Source: Priapulus caudatus (Eukaryota). Taken from it: a stretch of 40,561 nt of DNA. Of this stretch, positions 12,841 to 24,989 are shown in pieces. Where the stretch lies: contig NW_014577091.1 of NCBI RefSeq assembly GCF_000485595.1, positions 629,825 to 670,385 on the forward strand, read 5' to 3'. A program made the position numbers and the translations under genes. The stretch's first letter is position 1. Every line of letters starts with the position of its first letter. The notes below the pieces were generated by a model. It searched no databases, was not told the DNA's origin, and saw only the letters and a list, made by a program, of their open reading frames with translations.

Positions 12841-13999
12841 GTGTGTGTGAGAGAGAGAGAGGTGGGAGAGAGAGAGAGGAGAAAGAGAGAGAGAGAGGTG
12901 AGAAAGAGAGAAAGCGGTGAGAAAGAGAGAGAAAGAAAAGAGGAATGCGAGCTAGAGTGGCGTAACACGAGCGAGAATGCGTAATGGGATCTAGAGTGAA
13001 TGCGGCAGAGCCAGATAGGGAGCAGGAAAGATTGTGAGAGTAGCCAAGGTAGGGAAGCCAATGTAGATAGCCAAGGCTGCGAAGTAGGCACTGAGAGACC
13101 AAGGTAGCATTGTGGTGGATGCGCGAGATAAATTGGGGATGCGTACATAGCTTAGTGTACAGCAACAACAACGTGGAATCGTTAGTTATTGAACTCCACC
13201 CAGCGCCGTTCTACATCTGTGGACTCTTACATCACATTTAAACTTGTAGTAGAGAGTTTAAATGTAATGTAAGAGTCCACTTAATAATTTTATAGACCCA
13301 TTTCCGTATTTTTAGACCAATTTCCTTATTTCAGAGCAGCGCCATTAGGCGAGTAGTTCACTTTTATTTCACCATAGAAACAGATGTAGAACAGGTTGTG
13401 GATGGTGCACACGCTATACTCTACGCTACTGCTATGCTCATACGCTTGTCGAGAGTTTGAATGTAATGTAAGAGTAATAAGGAACTAGGAACTAGGAACT
13501 AGGAAATAACTTCACGCACATCTCAGGCGCTAGCTAGCGGTTGTAGGCTTGGTGTAGATGCATTTGGCAAGCTCGCCTCACGTGACGTTTCTGGCTCATC
13601 GTGAATCATCCCAAATTCTGGATGTCATGTCAGGTAACAACTGGATATCAGTGTGATATACATTAATTGTATCCATGGCAACGTGTATATGCAACCATTC
13701 TTGGTGTGAGGTCGCGTTACAATAATTATTTTCATAAAATAAAGCCGTTGTATATGTAACGAGAAGCATGCTCGTTTTCGCAGTTTCGCAACAAAACTAC
13801 CATGCAAGAGGATGAAGTTATCTTAACTGGGTTTCTAAGGCTGGTTGAGTTGTACGATCGAACTTTCCAGTGCTTTCGACGAGTAGGAATGAAAGTTCAG
13901 TTTTGTGGAAGCATTCAATGAGTAGGGCTTACACAGAGAAGTGCGAAGACGAAACGAGAAGGTTCCTGCCCTGGGATTTTTCGGCATGAAGCAAATGAA

Positions 14000-14249
14000 C
14001 AGGGCCGTGGCCTGTATTGGGGCAAGGGGGCAGGTGCCCCCTAGATTTTGGAGCAAAATTAAAAACAAGCTTAGCTAATAATCGTAAATAACCCTAACGT
14101 GATTTTCTGGTCACTTATCCGTGAAAGCCTTGTATCAAACCCACCCCCTACCACACTATGGACGTCGATCAAGAGCTGCGCCCGTCGCTCATCATTACAC
14201 AGTTGAGTCATGAAGTTTTGCCCCCCCCCCAGGAATGCCTACGGCCCTG
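14000..14249. mobile_element. Small MITE with hAT-like CAGGG termini
   Basis: CAGGGCCGT ... ACGGCCCTG inverted termini with GGGGCAA / TTGCCCC subterminal motifs. No clear 8-bp TSD. Confidence 0.6.
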
Positions 14250-16020
14250 ATGAGTGGTTGAGAAACATTTAATTAGCACATATTCACGTTACTGAACGAG
14301 AACATTGTGGATTCACTTCCATGGGAAGCCATTATAAAGCGATGGTATGGCTTATTGCGCAACAACAGCGACAAATGAATGCATTTTCCACCGAATATAT
14401 ATTTGTGTTATACCAAAAGGTTATACGGAGTTGGTCGTACGCGTGTAAATTGTATACGCGAAAATATAAAAAAAAACTCATTGTTTCGACACTTTATCTG
14501 CGGCTGCTACCTGCGGTTATTTGAAACCGGCATGGACATTTAAACAGCTAACACCTCCCAGCAAACAGCTACTACGCAATACGATAACTGCACTGCTCTA
14601 GACTACGTAAGCTAATCCAGCAGGCTGCGCAGAAACGCTGTATCCGTGGATCCATGCACCGTTTGAAGTCCATATGTCCTAACTACTCTGACTGCCTCTT
14701 TCCAAGCCTCGTGCCTAAATGAATCAAACAAAAGATTACACTCTGCGGTAAAGAGGCACATATTGAATTGTTGACGCATTGGTTGGAGACCGGCATAAGT
14801 TGTCTGAACTGAAAAACACAGACACACACGCGCACGCAAATGTACGCACGTACACGCAGTAGCACACGCACATACGCACACACGCACACGCACGCAGGCA
14901 CGCACACACAATGCAACTACACACTCCATATATATATATATATATATATGGAATGTGCGCGGTATATAGCTATAAATAATATACCACATTATATTACAAT
15001 TAACAATCATGATAATACAATAGAAATATACAGAGATAGGGGTCTACATCTATGTCATGTATGCAAATGTGTCTTGTCTATGTGTGTGTTTTCGCTATAA
15101 TCATGCGGACTGTCTAGTCGTGTGTGTTGTCAATCAGTCTTTCTTTGTCACTCTGTGTGCGTGCATGCGCGCGCGTGTGTATAGCCTACGTGTATATATG
15201 TGATGCCCACATTCCACGCAACGCAGCAACGTGAACCTCGAATGCAGTGCGGAGGCAGCGGCAGGTGTCTGACGAAACTCCGCTCTCGGTGACAAAAATG
15301 CAATGAAGAAAACGCGCCGACGCAAAATTTCTGCCCGTCTCGGCTTTTTCGCTCGCTCGCGGAGAAAATGTCTGCGAAGCGGTGGTACTCAGTTTATTCG
15401 TGAGCCTTAATTATTTACGAGCTCTATCGTCGTCTGTTTTGTGGCGCTGCTCTCGCACGAGAGAGACGCAAATACAACGTTTATGGAGGGCTGACAAAAG
15501 GCGGTAGTGAATCAGATACCCGCGCTCTTGCAGGTATAATGTGTGTTAGAGTTAGTTACACGGCGGGAAAGGGTATAATAGTGTTCTCCCGCCCGCGTTC
15601 ATAACGCGATGATGCATTTGAAACAAGAGCGCGCATTCAGTGGTGGTTTTGTGCTCAAAACAAATGGTCGTAATTTCCATGATAAAATATTTTAGATACT
15701 TGTGCCGTGCAGGCGTTAACATAAACCTATGGCATCATTGTCCTACTGCATAAACTGTGGATAATTTTTCCCCCGAACGTCCATCTTGGCTTATAGAGTG
15801 TTAATTATGTCTTGCCTCCCCCTTCTCCTTTTCAATCTCTCGTGCGCCCCTCTCTCTTTCTCTCTCTCCCTCTCTCTCTATCTCAATCTCTATCATTTCC
15901 TTTATAGAATTTGCAATGTAATTACACATTAGCGTGAACATAATTCTTACATATACATTTACTAACAGGTACGATGAACGTGAGACGGTTTACTTATACG
16001 TCAGCTATACGTCGTACAAT

Positions 16021-16383
16021 GCCACCATCACTACCATCACCAACACCACTGCCACCGCCAGCGTCACCACCAACACCAACACCACCGCCACCGCCACCAC
16101 CAACACCACCACCACCACCACCGTCACCGCCATCACTAACACCACCGCCACCACCACCGACACCAACACCACCACCGACACCGCCACCGACACCACCGCC
16201 GCCGCCGCCGCCTACGCCGCCAACGCCGCCATCACCACTGCCACCGAACCTTCACCATCACCACCACCGCCACCGCCAACGCCAACGCCAACGCCAACAC
16301 CGCCACTGCCACCGCCACTGCCACCGCCACCACCATCACCGCCACCATCACCGCCACCGCCACCGCCACCGCCACCGCCATCA

Positions 16384-16414
<31 letters not shown>

Positions 16415-17170
16415 CGTCACCGTCATCGCCACCGCCACCGACAACGCCACCACCACCACCATCATCATCACCACCACCACCACCACCACCATCATCACCA
16501 CCACCACCACTACCACCACCATCACGACCACCACCACCACACCATCCTCACGCACCACCACCACCACCACCACCACCATCACCACCACCACCACCACCCC
16601 TCACCACACCACCACAACCACCACGCACCACACCATCACCACACCCAACCACCGCCACCACCACCACCATCACCCCACCACCACCACCCCATCACCACCA
16701 GCACCACCACCACCCCCCCATCATCAGCACCACCACCCACCATTACTCACCACCATCACCACACCACCACACCACCACCATAACCCCCCAAAACCACCAC
16801 CACCGACCCCCATCACCACCACCACACCACCACACACCCCATCATCAGCACCACCACCACCATCATCAATCACCACCACCATCACCACCACTATCATCGC
16901 CAACACCACCACCACACCATTATCACCGCCAACACCACCACCACCACCACCACCACCACCACTACCACCACTACCACCACCAACAGCACCACCACTACCA
17001 CCACCACCACTACTACCACTACCACCACCACCACACCACTATCACTGCCAACACCACCACCACCACCACCAGCAACACCACCACCACCACCACCACCACC
17101 ACCACCACCACCACCACCACCACCGCCGCCGCCGCGACCTAATCCACCATCGCCGCCGCCGCCGCCGCCG
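16021..17170. repeat. 1.15-kb degenerate (CCA)n/(CCG)n trinucleotide tract
   Basis: Direct reading; several single-base phase slips in the 3' half. Confidence 0.95.
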
Positions 17171-19009
17171 GACTTGGACTTACGGTGGTGATGGGGATGT
17201 TAGTGTCCGTGCACGGAGTCATACACGCTACGTTGAGTTTGGAAGGTCATCGTTGGATTGTAAATGCGATAGGTGCAAAACGTCAGTTTACCACCTGTAA
17301 CGTAGCGCAGTAGCGTGCAACGCACAACTATCATACACGCACGCTGAACAAGAACATGCGTACGCGCGCGCGTGCACGCATATGTACGCAAACAAACACG
17401 CGCGCATATTACATCTACACTGCCGTGCAAGCAGACGGGTACACGGTGCGACGTTTTCGCCTGAAAAAAACACGAAAAGTACAGATGAGAGCAGCAGATA
17501 TACTCATGGTCATACTCGTACGCTTCCATCTACAATGCACAGAAATAGCGCTCGCTCTTACAAACCTATAAATGGAGCGGTGTGAGTCTCGTACACAGAG
17601 CGCACAATAGAATGCGCGTGTAAGTGCCCGCGACTGACTGACTGTCACTGAAGCATTCAGGCGCATGTGAATGAGAGTCTTTAATCGTCATTTACGGCTA
17701 AAAAGAACCAGCATCTCCATTACGTCTTCATGCAGACGAACAACGTTTAATAATAATCAAATGTAATGTAGCGTCTCCGACCCGCACATATACGCGGCTA
17801 TATACATACACGCTCGGGAGTAACGTCAACTGAAATTGCGTTGGTATTTATGTATGCAAACCATAAATATTTTCGCAAGCATTTCTCAGACACGCTACCC
17901 GCTTATGTTTCAGCACTCGTAATTTGAAGTTCTGTACTTAGGCCTACATCATTTTAATGCAAACATGGTTGCGCCATAGACAAGTTGAAAACTTTCCTCT
18001 AAAGATTAACCCTTTGGTATAATAAACTCAAGTATGGGTGTTCTCACATAATCGCATCGGTCATTATACGTATTTCTTACTTTATTAAGTCACTCCGCCA
18101 ACTACGAGCTTAATAATAGCTAAGAAATTGAGAATCCATTATTAACTAATAAGTATCGGAGTTGACGTGATCAATAAAACAAGAGGCTAATCCGATTTCT
18201 TCGACTGGATTTAGGACTAGACTGAACTGTTTCGATGGACTGAAATTAGAACGCCACGATTTTCACCCGACGGGTAGCTTTATGTAAAGATAATGCGAAC
18301 ACAAACTATAATCTAGTCGGGTAATTGTTTTGTTAGCGACGCTAGTTATACGCGTAAATGAGCGATGATTTGCGAGAGAATTCGACCTAAAAATGCTTAC
18401 CGCTCACGCCTGCACTGCCATCGTATTTTACGTGGTTTACGGCAGCTGAAAGACTCACCTGATTATCATATCGAGCCAAGAGTGTTAGGCAGAGCCTGTA
18501 ATGCCATAATTAAGATTGTGAAAAACCAGGACAACTGCTGTTGTCCAGGACACACATGGCAACTCTAATAACGTCGCGCTCCCATACACCTGTCTCATTT
18601 TACAAGGTTCACAGATCACATCTTCATGCCTAATCTTGTGATGCCACTCGTTTTGTTGAAACCTTGACAATAGCCATCAATCTGGTTGGCATTCCAAATA
18701 GAGACAGAAGCAAACCGCCCCGTACGGGTAATGTTGACAGTCTTCCACCGTTCGCCACGTTGAGCCTCTTCGCAAATAAATAATCATCATTCGACTGTTG
18801 GCAGTAGATAGTAAATAATTTAGACAAGATTGTACAACAAGGTGCCACCGCGTTCATTGGCATTGCTGTTTTACAATAATGTATGTATGCCAGTTCCTAC
18901 AATAGTGCTGTTCACCCAGAATTCTGCTATCATTCGGCTTTTCGCGTAAGTTCACACGACTTTAATCTCCAATTAGACTTCATGTGATCCAGTTGTACTT
19001 TACCCTGTT

Positions 19010-19621
19010 CAAACCACTCGCGCGAGATCTCCTGTCTTCGAGAGCCAGCAAGGTTTCAGAAGGTCCGTTTTTGCCGTACTTGGAAGTAGCTCGACAAAAA
19101 CGCATCATTGATGTTCGGCTAAAGCTCGATGTAAAAGGCTGCATAGAAAACGCCGAGACTAACTGACATTCTAGTTTAATGTCATGTCATTGTATGCATC
19201 AACGGTGCACCATGCTTCATCTCAGAGGAACGATTCACTGCAGTTTTCACAAAGAGTTTCGAAGAAAGGCGCCCAGGCAGGAAATTAAGGACTAGTTTAA
19301 CGAAGAGTAAACGTGAGTGGTTTCGCTCAACATTTAGACATCGCCAGAGTTATCTAGTTTAACGAGCCGTCAATAACCAACAAAATATTTCTACGTCAAG
19401 TGAAATAGCTAATCGTTGAGAAATACAATTAAAGTAATCGCCGATGAATCTGTTTCGCATTCAAACTTGCGCTGGCAGATGTTCCTGCGGTCACTCCGAT
19501 AGCTTAGCTGCAAATTTCATTAACCATTCTTCTCTTTATACGATTACCTCATGCATGCATGAGGAGGTATTCTATATATACACATCAGCAGTTTTCAAAT
19601 GCCCACGATTGGCAATAAAGA

Positions 19622-19695
<74 letters not shown>

Positions 19696-19744
19696 CTCTT
19701 CTTTCTCTCTCTCTTCTTTCTCTCACTTCTTTCTCTCTCTTTCT

Positions 19745-19812
<68 letters not shown>

Positions 19813-19855
19813 GAGAGCGCGAGAGAGTGTGTGTGAGAGAGAGAGAAAGCGAGGA

Positions 19856-19917
<62 letters not shown>

Positions 19918-19951
19918 GCTCTCTCTCTCTCTCTCTCTCTCTCCCTCTCTT

Positions 19952-19987
<36 letters not shown>

Positions 19988-22900
19988 TCTCTCGCTCTCT
20001 CTATCCGATCGCATTGTTTCATTGAGTGCAATTCTAATGAACGGTGGGCAGAGACTGTTTACAACGTCGGATCCCCTTTTTCGCCATTATCATCCATAAA
20101 ACGACGCAACGTACGGCGTTTCGTGACGAGCTAAGTTGGGTGGAAAATTAAAGGCAACCTTCATTATGATCGCATTATTATATAGACATGACAGAGTAGT
20201 TGGGAAATTTACGATCGAACTTTGCCTGATACCCATTACGCGCTAACAAAGGAGAAAGAGCATTATTGCCTTAGTCACGAGGGGCCCGGCCCTTTCACTC
20301 ACCGGTAGATCGGCTGCGCGCTAATAGGTGTATACGGATGAGTGTATTGACGCTGGCTGGAGAGCCGGTGTGCTGGCCACCGCGCAGCTTCTAGCGTTAA
20401 CTATTTTGCTTTATAGAGAGACCATGTAGAAGGTCTGCACGTAGGCAAGGGTTCTCGAATAATCGAGCGGCGACGGTAATATCCACGTAACCTCGGAGCA
20501 CGGGTGACGCAGAGAAATATTGACGGAAATAATATTTGAACAAGATCGTAATATAGAAAGTGCAATATCGTATCCTCCGCTCTCCATACGAATCTCGGGT
20601 GATATAATATATATATAATACGTACACATGACCAACAACTTGACTAAACATGATTGCTGCAATTATAAAACACGAATTGAAGTGGTCATTATTTCATCTT
20701 CTTATCCTCGAATTAATTATGATACAATTACATATTATATTATTTTGCACTACAACTATTATTATGGTACGTATATATATAAACAAATGTCATACATAGG
20801 TAAAGGGCGATTAAATTTTAATATGCGAGCTGTTGAGAAGTACATCTCGATCTTCGTCAGGCTTTAAACCGACATTAGAATGGAGCCGTTTAATATAAAA
20901 CAACATACAATGCGTTATACAATATAGTGAAAATAGAATAATTCAAACAATCTCAGTTGATATTATATATATATATATATATATATATCATCACAACCGT
21001 GGGGACAGGTTAATGTTAACCACAGCCACGTACGTTAGTTATATTAGTATGGCTCAACACGACAAAACCATTAAAAACGCTAGCCGACAAATATATCGAA
21101 AATGCGGCAAAAGGGTTACCTAACAACTTTATTGCTTCGAACCGTCGCACGAGATTGAAATGTAGTCATAAAGTAAGGTTTAATGGGTACACAGGTGGCG
21201 TAGATAATTAGGCAACGTAGGTATATGCATCTATATACCTTGCCCCCTTCGTCTGTGTGCATGACTAAGCACGGATTCTAAATACACCATGTACACGCTA
21301 TACACTCTGCTCCTTTGTTATTATTCGCCCGATACCGGACTTTATTCCTTGGAAATATAAGTTCATTCATTTTTCAAAACAATAAAGCGCACAAACTTTA
21401 TGATCTGCGATAGTATGTCACCAACGAAGGCGGCTACTGTATTTTGTAAGCAGCTTGTAGGTGTTCTTCGCGTCGGATTGATCGAAGACGTATTGACTGC
21501 CATTTTTACTGCGAAAATATATGACAACTCGTCTCGAAAAAATTGTAAATGCCAGTAATGTACATTGCAGCAACACTGCGAAATTAAATTGATAATTATA
21601 TCAGTAATGCAGTTTTTAGCATTGCATTTCGTGAAATATATTTGTAAAATGTTAAATCTGTAGCGATGTTATGCGACTCAAGAATGATCAAAATCCATCA
21701 AAGGCAAATTATCATGTGCATAAACATCAATTTTCCTGTTGGAATACCCTGCTCCATTTTCACTTCACATTCATTGTCATGCCTTGTAAGCACGTCCCTG
21801 GAAAACATGCGAATTAATCATATACTGAATTTCACGTCGCTGTACGATGAGGCAAAGTTTGGCAAAATCCAGGTACAACTCGTCATGTGTACACGGGGAA
21901 ACGAATAGACATCTCATAATCATATGGGGCCTGACCCGCGCGCGCTGCTTCTTGACGGCTGACAAGTCGCACATGCATTCGGATTAGAATCTACGCGTAC
22001 AGTACGAAGTCAAGGAGAAGAAATCGATGACGATATAACCAGTGACAGACAACAGGTCCGTAGCAGTAGACTGTTGGGAGCCGCGCAGTCGTATAAGCAT
22101 TACAAGATAGCTTGTAGAATCGCAACTTCTCAACGCTTAGGCAACGAGACACTTTCATAGCAATAATTCGTGATACGAACATGGAAATTTTTTGCATGTG
22201 GGTATTAATAATTGTGTTCTAACTGTTTGTGTGCATTTCGTGCATTATACTCGCATAACTATTCCCATAACCATTAGAACTGCCCTTTTCCAATCTTTTC
22301 AACGAGGATATATATAATTGATCATTTTTCGTGTCGCTGTGCTCGATTCTGAAACTGCACAAGTGGAGCTCTCGTCCTAGAGTTGTCTTAAATCAACAAC
22401 TATAAATTGTCCCAAGTGTCAATACTTTCGGCCCAACATTTACATTTTGAATTACAGACAAATTCCAGACATTGTCAGCCAGCGTGAGTCTGGCCGCAGT
22501 TGCACACATACAATGAGATGATCAACAGAAATTATCCTAAGCTTGCTGGGCGACAATACGCCGAGCAAACACTCTGCGCTATTCAAAGGTGCTTGACACT
22601 CTCTAATGAACTCAAAAATGTGTTAATTTGAGGAAACATGTCTGTTGATATAAGATACTTACACCGTTAGCTCAATGTCAAATAGTACGTTGAAGTAGTT
22701 ACTACATTTTCACTTAAAATATCCTACGACTACAACTGGCACGCCTGGAAGGACGTGCGAGAATGGAAAGAACAAGCTAGAAAGTAACTATTAACTGAAG
22801 TCGCTGAAAAAAAGAACAAAATGCGTGCACCGTGTATGAACCAACCGGCACGATTGGTAATATATAGGGTAAGATACTTGGATAAACTATCTGAGTACCG

Positions 22901-23160
22901 TATAGTTTTTACCTCGTAGAAAGAATAACAAGGAAATACTGATCCAATGGTTCAGTTCACAGAAGGCAATACACTTGGAGGGAATCCGCTGTGAGTACGA
23001 TCACATTCTAAAAGAAAAACAAACCGGGCATATTATCCCTCCATATACTTAGAGATTAACAAAAAGGTTTAATTACTCACGCACAAACACACGCGCGGCC
23101 ACTCACACACGCACGCGCGCACGTACGTGCACACGCACATACACACACGCACACACACAA
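19010..23160 (+). repeat. 4.2-kb direct duplication, copy 1
   Basis: Colinear with 23306-27640 from CAAACCACTCG onward, including the internal CT and TA tracts. Confidence 0.95.
19623..20003. repeat. (CT)n-(GA)n-(CT)n compound tract
   Basis: CT to ~19811, GA ~19812-19914, CT ~19919-20003. Confidence 0.95.
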
Positions 23161-23170
23161 CAAATATACA

Positions 23171-23234
<64 letters not shown>

Positions 23235-23305
23235 AATGTGCGCGGTATATAGCTATAAATAATATACCACATTATATTACAATTAACAATCATGATAATA
23301 CAATA

Positions 23306-23991
23306 CAAACCACTCGGCGCGAGATCTCCTGTCTTCGAAGCCAGCAATGATTTCAGAAGGTCCGTTTTTGCCGTACTTGGAAGTAGCTCTGACCGAAAAA
23401 CGACATTGATGTTCGGCTAAAGCTCGATGTAAAAGCTGCATAGAAAACGCCGAGACTAACTGACATTTAGCTTTAATGTCATGTCATTGTATGCATCACG
23501 GTGCCACCATGCTTCATCTCAGTAGGAACGATTCACTGCAGTTTTCACACAGAGTTTCTCGAAAAAGGCGCCCAGGCAGCGAAATTAAGGACCAGTTTAA
23601 CGAAGAGTAAACGTGAGTTGTTTCGCTAACATGTTTAGACATCGCCAGAGTTTCTATTTTAACGATGCCGCTCAATAACCAACAAAATATTTCTACGTCA
23701 AATCGTAATAGCTTAATCGTTTGAGAAATACAATTAAATGTAATCGCCGATAATCTGTTTTCGCATTCAAACTTGCGCTTGGCAGATGTTTCCTGCGCGT
23801 CACTCCGATAGCTTAGCTGCATTTCATTAACCGATTATTCTCTTTATACGATTACTCATGCATGCATGAGGATGGTATTCTATATATTACCACCATAGCA
23901 GTTTCAATGCCCACGTTATGGCAATAAAGCTGTCGTGTCCATGTCTCTCTCTCTCTCTCTCTCTGTCTCCCGCTCTCTTCTGCCTCTCTCT

Positions 23992-24032
<41 letters not shown>

Positions 24033-24954
24033 CTCTCTCTCTCAGTCTCTCTCTGTCTCTCTCTCCTCCCGCTCTTTCTCTCTCTCCTCTCTCTCCTTCA
24101 CTCTCTCTCTCTCTCGTCGCTCTCTCTCTCTCTCTCTTTCTCTCTCTCCTCTCTCCTCTCTACTCTCTCTCTCCTCTCTCCTTCTCTCTCTCTTCTCTCG
24201 CCCTCTCTCTATCGATTGCTATTGTTTTCATTGAGTGCCATTCTAATGAACGGTGGGCAGAGACTGTTACAAAACCGTCGGATCCCCTTTTTCCCATTAT
24301 CATCCATAAAACGACGCAACCGTACGGCGTTTCGTGACGAGCCTAAGTTGGGTGGAAAATTAAAGGCAACCTTCATTATGATCGCATTATTATATAAGAC
24401 ATGACAGAGTAGTTGGGAAATTTACGATCGACTTTGCCTGATACCCATTACGCGCTACAAAGGAGAAAGAGCATTTATTGCCTTAGTCAACGAGGGGCCC
24501 GGCCCTTTCCACTCACCGGATAGTCGGCGCGCGCATAATAGGTGTATACGGATTGAGGTGTATTGAGCTGGCTGAGAGCCGGTGTGCTGGCCACCTGCGC
24601 AGCTTCTAGCGTTTAACTATTTTGCTTTATAGAGAGACCATGTTTAGGAAGGTCTCACGTAGGCAGGGTTCTCGAATAAATCGAGCTGGCGACGGTAATA
24701 TCCACGTAAACCTCGGCAGCAACGGGGTGACGCAGAGAAATATTTGCGGAATAATATTTGAACAGATCGTTATATAGAAAGTTGCAATATCGTATCCTCC
24801 GCTCTCCATCACGAATCTCGGGTTGATCATTAATATATTACTATATATAGTATATATATATATAATATATATCAAAGAGGTCCGTAATAGAATTATTAAT
24901 TAGCATTCCAAAATATCCAAACTCTATTATTAGCTCTTTGATGTATATTATATA

Positions 24955-24989
<35 letters not shown>

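Noticed and set aside
15934..17142. 402-aa Thr/Pro/His-rich ORF (mucin/extensin-like) and the overlapping 269-aa ORF
   Set aside because: A (CCA/CCG)n tract is stop-free in most frames; the amino-acid switches follow single-base slips and there is no domain. A TACTAACAG acceptor-like word at ~15960 is not enough.
18485..18863. Minus-strand peptide LLSLFGMPTRLMAIVK resembling a LINE RT segment
   Set aside because: No adjacent KAFD, QG or YADD motifs could be found; the similarity is too short to call.
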